DNA of 53,447 bases from Candidatus Limivicinus sp. (GTDB lineage Bacteria > Bacillota > Clostridia > Oscillospirales > Oscillospiraceae): contig JBGUQD010000049.1 of NCBI GenBank assembly GCA_045130755.1, positions 1 through 53,447 on the forward strand. Reading direction: 5' to 3'. This document shows positions 34,540 through 44,173 of the stretch, one piece after another. Under the pieces are notes generated by a model. The model saw nothing but the letters and a program-made list of their open reading frames with translations. It was not told where the DNA came from and did not search any database. Position numbers and translations under genes: made by a program. Position 1 is the first letter of the stretch, and each line of letters opens with the position of its first letter.

Positions 34540-35355
34540 TTATTGGCCATTGAGGCATAAAGCGTAGAACGCAACCGCGCTGGCGGCGGCGACGTTTAAC
34601 GAGTCCACGCCGTGACTCATGGGGATACGCACGGTGTAGTCGCAGCCGGCAATGGTCTCGGCGGCGAGACCGTCTCCCTCCGTGCCCAGCACGACGGCGA
34701 GCTTTTCAATCCCCGGCAGGCGGGGGTCGGAGACGGAGAGCGAATCATCCCGCAGGGCCATGGCCGCGGTCTGAAAGCCGAAGTCATGCAGAAGCTTCTT
34801 CCAGTCCCCCTCGGGCAGATAGGTCCAGGGAACCTGAAAGACGGTCCCCATGCTCACGCGCACGGCACGCCGGTAGAGGGGATCGCTGCCAGCATTCGTC
34901 AGCAGCACGGCGTCGACGCCGAGGGCTGCGGCGGAGCGAAAGATCGCGCCGAGATTCGTGGGGTTCATCACGTTTTCCAGCACCGCCACACGCCGGGAGG
35001 CGCGGCACAGCTCCTCTGCCGTCGGCAGTGCGGGCCGTCTCATGGCGCAGAGCATGCCGCGCGTCAGGTGAAAGCCGGTGAGCTGAATCAGTACCGGCAG
35101 CTCGGCGGCATAGACCGGCACATCCCCGCATCGCTCCAAGAGCTCTTTGCCTCTGCCCTCGATGAGCTTCTTCTCCGTCAGCACCGACACCGGCGCACAG
35201 CCCGCGTCCAGCGCCCGTTCGATGACGAGGGGACTTTCGGCGATGAAGACGGCGTTATTCGGATCGGCGCGATTGAGAAGCTGGTTTTCGGTCAGCCTCG
35301 CGTAGAGGTCCAGCGCGGGATCGCTGAAATCGGTGATGTCGATGATGTTTGGCAT
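34540..35355 (-). CDS. TrmH/SpoU family RNA 2'-O-methyltransferase
   Basis: ORF 34540..35370. I prefer ATG 35355 (MPNIIDI, aggag SD). Motifs: VLENVMNPTNLGAIFRSA, VLGTEGDGL, IPMSHGVDSLNVAAASAVAFY. A terminator hairpin lies at about 34493-34525. Confidence 0.9.
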   Translation of the reverse strand: MPNIIDITDFSDPALDLYARLTENQLLNRADPNNAVFIAESPLVIERALDAGCAPVSVLTEKKLIEGRGKELLERCGDVPVYAAELPVLIQLTGFHLTRGMLCAMRRPALPTAEELCRASRRVAVLENVMNPTNLGAIFRSAAALGVDAVLLTNAGSDPLYRRAVRVSMGTVFQVPWTYLPEGDWKKLLHDFGFQTAAMALRDDSLSVSDPRLPGIEKLAVVLGTEGDGLAAETIAGCDYTVRIPMSHGVDSLNVAAASAVAFYALCLNGQ

Positions 35356-35474
35356 AGGTCGCTCCTGCAAAATTTTTTTGTCATTATATACCTGTCCCGG
35401 AAATCTTTCAACTTGTGAAACGGGAATGATGCTGATATACTGAAAAACACACAGATAAAACAGGAGGAATCCAT

Positions 35475-36098
35475 ATGAAAGTCCTTATGCTCAACGGCAG
35501 CCCCAAGGCGAAGGGCAACACTGCGGCAGCCCTTGAGGAGATCGGAAAGCAGCTTGAGCGGGAGGGGATCGAATACGAGATCTTCCACATCGGCGCTCTG
35601 CCGGTGCGCGACTGCATCGGCTGCGGACGGTGTACCGATGACGGCTGCGTCTTCGGCGCGGACGACGGCGTGAACGCCTTTATTGCCAAGGCAAAGGAAG
35701 CAGACGGCTTTATCTTCGGCACGCCTGTCTACTATGCCCACCCCAGCGGCCGCATCCTGTCCTTCCTCGACCGGGTGTTCTACAGTTCCTCGGAGCTCTT
35801 TGCCCACAAGCCGGGCGCGGCTGTCGCCATCGCGCGGCGCGGCGGCACCACGGCCAGCTTCGATGTGCTGAATAAATACTTCGGCATCTCCCACATGCCC
35901 GTTCCCGGCTCCAACTACTGGAACATCGCCCACGGCCGCACGCCCGGCGAGGTGCAGTTCGACGAGGAGGGCATGCGCACCATGCGAAACCTTGCGCGGA
36001 ACATGGCCTGGATGCTCAAATGCTTTGAAGCCGGCAAACAGGCGGGCATCCCGCTGCCGGACGCCGAGTCAGGGCCCATGACGCATTTCATCCGGTAA
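35475..36098 (+). CDS. Flavodoxin-like NAD(P)H-dependent FMN reductase / iron-sulfur flavoprotein-like
   Basis: 207 aa. MKVLMLNGSPKAKGNT..., GTPVYYAHPSG, and a Cys cluster CIGCGRC. Confidence 0.85.
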   Translation: MKVLMLNGSPKAKGNTAAALEEIGKQLEREGIEYEIFHIGALPVRDCIGCGRCTDDGCVFGADDGVNAFIAKAKEADGFIFGTPVYYAHPSGRILSFLDRVFYSSSELFAHKPGAAVAIARRGGTTASFDVLNKYFGISHMPVPGSNYWNIAHGRTPGEVQFDEEGMRTMRNLARNMAWMLKCFEAGKQAGIPLPDAESGPMTHFIR

Positions 36099-36139
36099 AG
36101 AAGAAATCCCGCGGGTCAGGCCCGCGGGATTTCTTCTTT
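36097..36139. terminator. Bidirectional terminator with a 19-bp perfect stem (aaagaagaaatcccgcggg tcagg cccgcgggatttcttcttt)
   Basis: Read directly. Located between convergent genes. Confidence 0.85.
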
Positions 36140-36147
36140 ATACTGTG

Positions 36148-37755
36148 TTATGCCGCGTTGTCGTTGAACTCGCAGACGTAGCCGATGATGCCGTCGAACA
36201 TATAGGGGTAGTCGGCATAGGGATCGTCGCGGTTGTCGTTGTAGACCCAGGTGCCGTTGTTCTTCCAGAGCATGATGTAATCTTCGGCCACCTGGTCGTT
36301 GCGGTCGATATAGGTGGGCTCGCCTCTGGCCCAGCTTACAAAGCCGTCGGTCAGGTCGGAACCGTCCTCCCATTTCTCGATGCCGCCGACGCGGTGCGCG
36401 CCGATCCAGACATAGGTCAGGCCCTGCTCGTCGCACAGCCGCGTGATCTCTTGAAACTCTTCTTCGGTATTGATGATGGCGAGATGTCCGCCGAGTCTGG
36501 TGCAGGCCGCAGCGGCCTTGGTCCAGCTCACGTTGTCCTTGATGACCTGATAGCTGTGCTCGGGCGGGACTTCCTCGATTTCAGGAAGAATGCCGATATC
36601 CATGGTGACGCTGGGGCCGGGCGTGGAGGTGTTGAAGTCCTCAAAGTGGATCTGTTCCGGCGTGGGCGTTGCGGCGTAGGGATCTACACCCGGATCGGTC
36701 GGCGTGGTCTGCAGCATGGGATCGGGGACGGTCCTCGCTTTTTCAAAATCCTTGAGCATGGCGTTCATGATGATCGCCACCATCACCAAAACCGCACACA
36801 GCACGAGAATCACTGCCAGCGGTCTTCTTCTGCGTTTTTTCACCTCTTCTGCAATCTTCCTTTCTCTGTCTGTCTTGAGCTTGTACTGCACGGCGGGCGA
36901 GGTGCGGTTTGCGTTGGGGGAGACCGTCACCGGGCGCAGAACACCGTCGTCCTCCAGCTTCGGGGCGGCGGGGGAGGCGGTGCCCTTCATCTTCTTGCTG
37001 AGCAGATCCGCCTGCCGGTTGGAGATCACGTCCTTCTGTCCGGACTTCGACGCCGGCTTCTGCACGGGCTTATAGACCTTGACGCCGTCCTCCGGTTCGC
37101 CGGTGGTCAGAACTTCGGCAGTCCCGATGGCGGCGTCCTCATCTTTATCGATGATGCCCACCATCATGCGCTCAACGTCGTTGAGATCGTCGTCGTTCTT
37201 GTTGAAGATAGCCTCCGCGCTGGGCATACCGCCGGTATAGAGATTTTTCAGGCAGCTGTCCACCACAACGCGCAGTTCTTCGAGCGTCTGATAACGCTCG
37301 GCAGGCTTAAAGCGGATGGACTTTTCAATGATCGCGCCGAGGCGGCTGCCCGCGCTCTTCGGGGCAGAGGGGTTGCCGCCGCCCATGCGCTTGAGCTGCC
37401 TGTCACGCTCACCGTCATAGGGAAGCCTGCCTTCGTCCAGGGCGTAATACATGAGCAGGCCGACGGAGTAGACATCGGTCGCGGCGGAGAGCTGACCGTC
37501 CCAATACTGCTCGGGCGCGATGAACTCCAGCTCCTGTCCCTGCCAGGGACCTTTCCCGGCGGGGCCGATGGCGATGGCACCGCTGTCGTTTACACTGATG
37601 TTGTCGGGGTAGATGCCGCCCCTGCGGCCACGGGAGCCGACCTCAGCGACCACGGTGCTGCACAGATCCGAGATGAACGCGCACAGCTCCTGCTTGTCCA
37701 TCTCCGTGAGCTTTTTGCCCAAAGCCTTTTCAGGTTCAAATGAAGGGTTTGCCAT
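36148..37755 (-). CDS. Truncated pseudokinase (C-lobe only) - TM helix - C-type lectin domain protein
   Basis: 535 aa. The N-terminus has IYPDNISV / IGPAG / FIAPEQ / DVYSVGLLMYYAL, which correspond to kinase subdomains VIb-IX with HRD and DFG lost and no N-lobe. TM helix RPLAVILVLCAVLVMVAIIMNAML. The C-terminus is WTKAAAACTRLGGHLAIINTEEEF...VWIGA...KWEDGS...WARGEPT...EDYIMLW...YVCEF, a CTLD pattern. Confidence 0.85.
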   Translation of the reverse strand: MANPSFEPEKALGKKLTEMDKQELCAFISDLCSTVVAEVGSRGRRGGIYPDNISVNDSGAIAIGPAGKGPWQGQELEFIAPEQYWDGQLSAATDVYSVGLLMYYALDEGRLPYDGERDRQLKRMGGGNPSAPKSAGSRLGAIIEKSIRFKPAERYQTLEELRVVVDSCLKNLYTGGMPSAEAIFNKNDDDLNDVERMMVGIIDKDEDAAIGTAEVLTTGEPEDGVKVYKPVQKPASKSGQKDVISNRQADLLSKKMKGTASPAAPKLEDDGVLRPVTVSPNANRTSPAVQYKLKTDRERKIAEEVKKRRRRPLAVILVLCAVLVMVAIIMNAMLKDFEKARTVPDPMLQTTPTDPGVDPYAATPTPEQIHFEDFNTSTPGPSVTMDIGILPEIEEVPPEHSYQVIKDNVSWTKAAAACTRLGGHLAIINTEEEFQEITRLCDEQGLTYVWIGAHRVGGIEKWEDGSDLTDGFVSWARGEPTYIDRNDQVAEDYIMLWKNNGTWVYNDNRDDPYADYPYMFDGIIGYVCEFNDNAA

Positions 37756-37852
37756 GACAATTCTTCCCCCCAGGTCAATTGCAAATGCGGTTATTCAAAT
37801 GGTATCGTAGCACAGGAAAAGAATTATGTCAACGGGAAAACCGCGCGATCCC

Positions 37853-39463
37853 TCATTTTTCCATGGAATCCGACAGCTTTTCGATTTCTTTTTCGAAGCG
37901 GATGAGGTCCTTGTTCGGGCGGCCTTCCATAGATTTACAGACGCGCAGCAGACGCTCCGCCGCGGCGATGAGTGCCTGGAACAGGCGCGCGGCCTTGCCG
38001 GAGGGCGCGCTCTCCTTCGCCTTGCCGATGGGCCGGGGCTCGGCGATCAGATCGAATTCCCCGCGCAGCAGGTCAAAACACGTGCCGCTGTAGGGAGCGA
38101 TGGCGTGGTAGCCCAGCTCGCCGTTGAGACAGGCGGCAAAGCTCTCGGCGGCGTCCGGGTCACCGTGATTTACGAAGATGAGCTCCGGCTTTGTCTCGAA
38201 GCCCTTGAGCCAGGAGATGAGACCCATCTTGTCGGCATGACCGCTCACGCCGGGCAGCACGTCGATCTCGGCATTGACGCTGATTTCCTCGTTGAAGAGC
38301 TTGACCTCTTTGATGCCGTCGACGAGAAGGCGGCCCAGTGTCCCCTCGGCCTGGTATCCGACAAAGAGAATGCGGCACTCGGGGCGCCAGAGGTTATGCT
38401 TGAGGTGATGGCGGATGCGGCCGGCATCGCACATGCCGCTCGTGGAGAGAATGACCTTGGGCGTGCGGTTTTGGTTGATGGCCTGGGACTCTGCCTGGGA
38501 TACCGCCAGCTCCAGCCCCGGGAAAAAGATGGGGTTTACGCCGGAGCGGATGAGGGCCTGCATTTCGTCGTCCAGAAACTGCGTGTCGCACTGGAGGAAG
38601 ATGGAGGTCGCCTCCACGGCCAGAGGGCTGTCCACATAGACGGGGAAGTTCCCGTGCCCGGTGACAAGACCGCGTTCCTTGATTTCGCGGATAAAGTACA
38701 GCATCTCCTGCGTCCTGCCCACGGCAAAGCAGGGGATGACCACATTGCCGCCCTTGTCAAAGGTCTCCTGAATGCGCTCCGCCAGCGCCTGGACAAAATC
38801 CACCCGTTCGTGGGTGTGGAGCCTGTCGCCGTAGGTGGATTCGATGACCAGGTACTGGGCGTCCTTCACAAACTGGGGATCGCGCAGGATGGGCTGGTCG
38901 CTGTTACCCACGTCGCCGGAGAAGCAGAGCTTGCGCTGCTCACCGTTTTCCGTGAGCCAGACCTCGATGGCGGCCGAGCCCAGAAGATGGCCCACGTCGG
39001 TCAGGCGGATGGAAACGCAGTCGTTGACCTGGATGACGGTGTTGTAGGCGCAGGGGATCATGTGGGTCATGAGCCCGTCCACGTCTTCAAGGTCGTAAAG
39101 GGGTGTGACCGCCTCCCCGCCCGAGCGCTGGGCCTTGCGGGTTTTCCACTCAGCCTCCTGCATCTGGATGTTGGCCGAGTCGCTCAGCATGATGCCGCAA
39201 AGCTGCACGGTGGCGGCGCTGGTATAGACGTAGCCGCGAAAGCCCTGCTTCCATAGAAGCGGCAGCAGGCCCGCATGGTCGATGTGCGCGTGGGTCAGCA
39301 GGACAAAATCCAGTGCCTCGGGAGGTACCGGCAGCGGCGCGTTTTCAAACAGATCCCTGCCCTGCTCCATGCCGTAGTCAACCAGGCCCCGCTTGTCGCC
39401 GACCTCGAGATAGGTACAGCTTCCCGTGACTTCGTGGGCAGCGCCGATAAACGTGATTTTCAT
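37853..39463 (-). CDS. Beta-CASP family MBL-fold ribonuclease (CPSF/RNase J-like)
   Basis: 536 aa. LLTHAHIDHAG (HxHxDH), ESTYGDRLH, and beta-CASP motifs further on. Confidence 0.9.
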   Translation of the reverse strand: MKITFIGAAHEVTGSCTYLEVGDKRGLVDYGMEQGRDLFENAPLPVPPEALDFVLLTHAHIDHAGLLPLLWKQGFRGYVYTSAATVQLCGIMLSDSANIQMQEAEWKTRKAQRSGGEAVTPLYDLEDVDGLMTHMIPCAYNTVIQVNDCVSIRLTDVGHLLGSAAIEVWLTENGEQRKLCFSGDVGNSDQPILRDPQFVKDAQYLVIESTYGDRLHTHERVDFVQALAERIQETFDKGGNVVIPCFAVGRTQEMLYFIREIKERGLVTGHGNFPVYVDSPLAVEATSIFLQCDTQFLDDEMQALIRSGVNPIFFPGLELAVSQAESQAINQNRTPKVILSTSGMCDAGRIRHHLKHNLWRPECRILFVGYQAEGTLGRLLVDGIKEVKLFNEEISVNAEIDVLPGVSGHADKMGLISWLKGFETKPELIFVNHGDPDAAESFAACLNGELGYHAIAPYSGTCFDLLRGEFDLIAEPRPIGKAKESAPSGKAARLFQALIAAAERLLRVCKSMEGRPNKDLIRFEKEIEKLSDSMEK

Positions 39464-39478
39464 GGTGTGTCCCTCCGT

Positions 39479-40030
39479 TTATATCCAATCTACTGTGCCG
39501 GTTCTGATGTCGTAAATCGCGCCGCGGATCTCAAGCCCTGCAGAAGGGATCTCCGGGTGGTCGCGGAAGGCGTGTTTGATCACCTCCACCGCGTGCCGCA
39601 CGTTCATGCGGCAGGCTTTCTCCGGGTCGCGCTCTTCACCCACGGCGAGAAGGATCTCATCCGTAATGTACTGGATATACCCCTCACCGCCGCCGCCGCC
39701 GAGGGCCGCGCTCACCGCGCCGCAGCCGGTGTGCCCCAGCACGAGGATGAGCGGGCAGTGCAGATGGGCGGCAGCGTATTCGATGCTGCCGAGCTGGTGA
39801 CGGTCGAGGACGTTGCCCGCCACGCGGATTGTGAAGAGCTCCCCGATGCCTGCGTTGAAGATGGCCTCCGGGATCACGCGGGAATCCGAACAGGCGATGA
39901 CGATGGCTTTCGGGTGCTGCCCGTTTTCGGCGGTCTCGCGCCGTACGGCTTCGGACACGTCGCCGGCGGCTTGGCCGGCAAGATAGCGCCGGTTTCCCGC
40001 ACACAGATGTTCGATCAGGGTGTTGTCCAT
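39479..40030 (-). CDS. Beta-class carbonic anhydrase
   Basis: 183 aa with the zinc-ligand motifs IACSDSR and LGHTGCGAV. Confidence 0.9.
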   Translation of the reverse strand: MDNTLIEHLCAGNRRYLAGQAAGDVSEAVRRETAENGQHPKAIVIACSDSRVIPEAIFNAGIGELFTIRVAGNVLDRHQLGSIEYAAAHLHCPLILVLGHTGCGAVSAALGGGGGEGYIQYITDEILLAVGEERDPEKACRMNVRHAVEVIKHAFRDHPEIPSAGLEIRGAIYDIRTGTVDWI

Positions 40031-40214
40031 ATTCCTTCTCCTTTCAGATATTTCCGATCGTTCTTACTGATTTCATTATACCATCCCCGGGCCAAAAGAA
40101 AAGGGAAATTCTTTTCTTTGGAATTTTATATTTTCCTGTACAAAAATGCAGAAACATATGTTATACTGTGGTTTACAATAATTCACGCATTTCGCGTGGG
40201 GAGGGCTTTCGGGT

Positions 40215-41738
40215 ATGAATCGTATTGGGGAACGCGCATTTGCCTGGCTTCTGTGTCTGGCATTGATCCTTGCTCTGGCTGTGCCCGCCTTCGCGGAGGG
40301 GGCAGCAGCCCAGCCGTCGGCGGAACAGGCGCCGGCCGAAGCGGCAGACAACGCTCCGGCGGAGGCACCGCTTTTTGAGGGCAGCATTCTGGACAGCGAC
40401 GCCATATCCAAAATGGTGAACGACTATCTCACCCAGAAGGGCATCGGCAAAGATCGTGTCGGCATCGGCTTCTGCTACACCGCCACGGGGGATGAGTGGT
40501 TCCTCAACCCCGATACCTGGTTCTATCCCGGCAGCATGTACAAGGTGCCGCTGATGATGATCCTGTCCGAGCGCATCCGTGACGGGCAGGTCAGCCCCGA
40601 TACGCAGATCGGCGGCCTGGATCTTGACACAGTGTACAACTATATCCTCGTCCACTCCAACAACGATTACGCCCACGCCGTGCGCAAGTTCCTCATTGAC
40701 GGCCAGGGCGGCGACGAGATCTGGCGCAAGGAAGCCCAGCAGTATGCCCGGCTCGACAAGTATGACGAGCGCTATATGCTCTACTGCTATTTCTCTCCCC
40801 GTTACATGACCCAGGTCATGGAGACTCTCTATGACGACCCCGACCGTTTCCCCAAGGTGCTCGACAATCTGCTCGAGGCCGAGCAGGGGCATTACTTCCG
40901 CCTGCTTGACGAGATGCACCCCTACGACGTGGCGCAGAAGTACGGCAGCTATCTGGACAACGAAAACAGCAACTGGAACCACACCAGCGGCATCATCTAT
41001 ACCGAAAATCCCTTCATCCTGACTGTCATGACCAAGAACGTGGGCGGGGCGGAGCAGCTGATCGGCGAACTGGCAGTGCGTTTCAAGGATTATGCCCTGA
41101 GCCTTGACAAGGAGCTTGCCGCCTATCGCGAGGAACAGGCGCAGCTTGAGGCGGAGCGGCTGGCCGCCGAGGAAGCGGCACGCCTCGCTGCCGAACAGGC
41201 GCAGACCGGCACACAGCCCGCTCCCGCGCAGAACAGACCGCAGCAGAGCACCCCGCGCCCCAGCCAGCCTGAGACCGTCCTCCAGACCCAGACGCCCGAC
41301 CGCGCCGAGCGGGGACACCGCGCGCTTGTCACGATGCTCCTGATCCTGCTGGGAGCGTCCGTTGTCGGCGGCATCGGCTCGGTCATCATCATCAAGGAAA
41401 ACGAACGCAGACGCTACGAAGCCTACAAGCGCCGCTTTGAGGAAGAGATGCGGCAGGAGGCCCTGGAGCGCATGCAGGCGCAGCGCCGTGAGGCGCGGCC
41501 CGCGGCGGAGAGACCTGCGCCACAGCCGGAGCGGGCGCGCAGCCAGCAGCCGCCCGTGCGCAGCCAGCAGCCGCCCGTGCGCACCCAACGGACCGATGCG
41601 TCCAAACAGCAGCGCCCGCGCCGGACGGATACACCCGCGCCACAGCCCCGGCGCGAACCCCCCGTGCGCCAGCAGCCCCGGCGCGAGACACCCGTATTTG
41701 ACGAAGAACAATGGCTGCACGATGAGGAAGACGAATGA
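40215..41738 (+). CDS. Class A beta-lactamase-like serine hydrolase with coiled-coil, TM anchor and Pro/Gln/Arg-rich tail (paralogue of 18878..20485)
   Basis: 507 aa. Signal peptide. GSMYKVP (SxxK), HSNNDY (SxN) and QKYGS (KxG). TM helix LVTMLLILLGASVVGGIGSVIII. The tail carries a perfect 21-nt tandem repeat at 41538-41579 (RSQQPPV x2). Confidence 0.82.
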   Translation: MNRIGERAFAWLLCLALILALAVPAFAEGAAAQPSAEQAPAEAADNAPAEAPLFEGSILDSDAISKMVNDYLTQKGIGKDRVGIGFCYTATGDEWFLNPDTWFYPGSMYKVPLMMILSERIRDGQVSPDTQIGGLDLDTVYNYILVHSNNDYAHAVRKFLIDGQGGDEIWRKEAQQYARLDKYDERYMLYCYFSPRYMTQVMETLYDDPDRFPKVLDNLLEAEQGHYFRLLDEMHPYDVAQKYGSYLDNENSNWNHTSGIIYTENPFILTVMTKNVGGAEQLIGELAVRFKDYALSLDKELAAYREEQAQLEAERLAAEEAARLAAEQAQTGTQPAPAQNRPQQSTPRPSQPETVLQTQTPDRAERGHRALVTMLLILLGASVVGGIGSVIIIKENERRRYEAYKRRFEEEMRQEALERMQAQRREARPAAERPAPQPERARSQQPPVRSQQPPVRTQRTDASKQQRPRRTDTPAPQPRREPPVRQQPRRETPVFDEEQWLHDEEDE

Positions 41739-42541
41739 AACGCATTCTTTGCATACTCCTGGTCCTGTGCCTGCTGCTGCCTCTGGCGGGCTGCGGCAGA
41801 AGCCGCTTTCGCTACGGCATCAACACCATCGAGGTGCTGGTCTCGCAGGACTATTCCCTGGCCTTTCGCAACAATGACCCCCTTTATTTCTATGTTACCG
41901 CCGCGCTGAGCGTGCTGGCTGCCGAGGGACGGGTCGATCAGCTCGCAAACAAATGGCTCGGAAGCCCCGCGCTCAACTACGCAAAACAGGCCGACGCCCT
42001 TGAACTGCTTGTCCCGCCCGAGCCGCAGGATCTCATCATCGGTCTGGACATCAACTCCTTCCCGTTCTCCTATCTCTCCAACGGCGAGTACTGGGGCCTG
42101 GATGTGGAGCTGGCGATGGCGGTGTGCGAAAAGCTGGGCTGGACGCTCAAAATGCAGCCGATCGAGAAAGAGAACGTGTATGTGGAGCTCTCCTCCGGCA
42201 ATATCGACGTGGCCTGGGGCGGCATCGCCCTGGACCCGAAGGAGGCCGAATCCGGCAAGTACACGCAGTACGGCCCCTACATCCACAATGACATCGTCAT
42301 TGCCACGCGAAACGGTTCGGCCGTCTGGAACAAGATGCGCCTCGGCGGCAGAAAAATGTGCATGCCCTCCACCCCGGAGGCCCGCGCCGCTCTGGAAATG
42401 GACCCTCGTCTTGTCAAGCGCCTCGGCCAGATTACGCGCCTTGCCGGCGGCACGACCGAGTGCTTTGAATACCTGTACGCGGGCAAGTGCGATGTGGTGC
42501 TCACGGACAGCACCGCTGTGGATTACTTTAACTGTCATTGA
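41735..42541 (+). CDS. Lipoprotein, family-3 solute-binding protein-like (orphan)
   Basis: 268 aa with lipobox LAGC. IIGLDINSFPFSY...GLDVELAMAVCEKLGW...NIDVAWGGI is the SBP_bac_3 pattern. Its ATG overlaps the upstream stop (ATGA). Confidence 0.8.
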   Translation: MKRILCILLVLCLLLPLAGCGRSRFRYGINTIEVLVSQDYSLAFRNNDPLYFYVTAALSVLAAEGRVDQLANKWLGSPALNYAKQADALELLVPPEPQDLIIGLDINSFPFSYLSNGEYWGLDVELAMAVCEKLGWTLKMQPIEKENVYVELSSGNIDVAWGGIALDPKEAESGKYTQYGPYIHNDIVIATRNGSAVWNKMRLGGRKMCMPSTPEARAALEMDPRLVKRLGQITRLAGGTTECFEYLYAGKCDVVLTDSTAVDYFNCH

Positions 42542-42621
42542 TCTGAGGCGGCGGGAGATTTCTCCCGCCGCTGAAAGCTTGCTTCCCCGCTGGCAAACGC
42601 TTATCATCTATCGGAGCTGCT

Positions 42622-43566
42622 ATGGATTACACTGAATATTTTGTAAATCTCATCCTCATCTTCTTTGCCTTCTCCCTCGTCGGCTGGTGCATCGAGGTGA
42701 CGCTCAAATACTTTGAGTTCGGCCGCTTCATAAACCGCGGCTTTCTGACGGGCCCCTGGCTTCCGATCTACGGGACGGGGGCGGTGCTGTGCACAGTGGG
42801 CGTACAGGGCCTTGCACCGCTGGAGTCCGGGTACGGCACCACCTTCGTCATCTGCTTTGTGCTGTGCGGGACGCTGGAATACATGACGAGCTTCGTCATG
42901 GAAAAACGCTTTCATGCCCGATGGTGGGATTACAGCAAAAAACCCATGAACCTGCACGGACGTGTCTGGATCGGAAATCTTGTACTCTTCGGACTGGGCG
43001 GCGTGCTCATCGTCCACGTCTTTGATCCGCTGCTCTGCAGGCTCTTTGCTTTGATCTCCCTGCCCGTGCGGGAACTGACGGCTTCGGTCCTGTCAGCGGT
43101 GATTGCGGCGGACTTCGTAATGAGCCACTTCGTACTCAAGCTGGTCAAGACCGGCGTTGAGCAGAGCCAGGCCGACAACACCGAGCAGATCAGCCGCGAG
43201 GTGCGCCTTCTGCTCTCCGACCGCTCTGTCTTCCACCGCCGCTTCGCCGACGCCTATCCCGAGGTTATTTACCGCACCGAGCGCGTGGCAGCGCGTATGG
43301 AGGCCATCCGACTGGAATCCGAACGCTTGCGCCGTGAGGCCGAGCGGCGCGCCGCCGACGTGGGTCAGCGCCTTGAAGCGGGCCGCGAGCAGATTGCCGC
43401 ACGCCTCGAGCCGACCGCCATGCTCAAGTCGGACGTGATCGAAAAGCAGACGGAGCTGATTGGCCTGCTCTATGACGAGGGCTCCGCCACCGATGAGATG
43501 CGCACGCTCAAACGGGAGATCGACACGGATCTTATGCGCCTGCAGGACCGGCACCCGTTATTATAA
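42622..43566 (+). CDS. Putative ABC-transporter type IV (DUF1113-like) membrane protein with a coiled-coil C-terminal extension
   Basis: 314 aa. FAFSLVGWCIEV..., GPWLPIYGTGAV, EYMTSFVMEK..HARWWDYS is typical of the family (from memory). Confidence 0.78.
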   Translation: MDYTEYFVNLILIFFAFSLVGWCIEVTLKYFEFGRFINRGFLTGPWLPIYGTGAVLCTVGVQGLAPLESGYGTTFVICFVLCGTLEYMTSFVMEKRFHARWWDYSKKPMNLHGRVWIGNLVLFGLGGVLIVHVFDPLLCRLFALISLPVRELTASVLSAVIAADFVMSHFVLKLVKTGVEQSQADNTEQISREVRLLLSDRSVFHRRFADAYPEVIYRTERVAARMEAIRLESERLRREAERRAADVGQRLEAGREQIAARLEPTAMLKSDVIEKQTELIGLLYDEGSATDEMRTLKREIDTDLMRLQDRHPLL

Positions 43567-43592
43567 AAAACAGCAAAAAAGGAGACGATACC

Positions 43593-43748
43593 GTGACCGC
43601 ATTGGAAGACACCAACCGGCGCCTGACCCGTTCCGGCGCACTGTCCCTGACCCTGGGGATCCTGACGATCCTGTTCGGCGTGACCACGGGCGTGCTGAAT
43701 ATCGTGAGCGGCGGGAAGCTGCTCAGCCAGCGCAGAAAGCTCAGATAA
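43593..43748 (+). CDS. Small membrane protein, 51 aa (below the ORF-track cutoff)
   Basis: GTG at 43593 lies 7 nt after aaaaggaga. Translation: MTALEDTNRRLTRSGALSLTLGILTILFGVTTGVLNIVSGGKLLSQRRKLR. A GC-rich hairpin follows at about 43757-43790. Confidence 0.45.
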   Translation: MTALEDTNRRLTRSGALSLTLGILTILFGVTTGVLNIVSGGKLLSQRRKLR

Positions 43749-43899
43749 GCAATCGCGCCGCGGCGGGCACACTTGACCCGCCGCGGTGCTCACTTATAAC
43801 TTTGTCTCTATGTCCGCCATCGGCGGACGTAAGCGGGCGGATGGCCGCACTTGGCATACAAGGCATGCCGAGTGGAGACGACGTTGCGACGGTATCTCT

Positions 43900-43967
43900 G
43901 AAAAACACATGTTCTCATGTGTTTTTCCTGCAAAACTTTGTTTTGCAGACACGCATTTCATGCGTGT
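43900..43967. repeat. Three abutting perfect hairpins (12, 8 and 8 bp stems)
   Basis: 43900-43927 gaaaaacacatg ttct catgtgtttttc. 43928-43948 ctgcaaaa cttg(t) ttttgcag. 43949-43967 acacgcat ttc atgcgtgt. Confidence 0.85.
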
Positions 43968-44173
43968 GGAGATTTCGTTATAGAAAAATTTACATTTCCT
44001 CTACCGCTGAGAGACAGACTGTGATATAATAGATATGTTATACAATTGCGCGTATTATCCGATGCGGCTTCGCATCGGGCGTATTGCGGAACTTTTTGGG
44101 TTAAAAATCCGTCTTACAGGCAATGATCTGTGCGTCCGCACAGGATTGCGGCAGGGAGGACTTGAATACTTCC

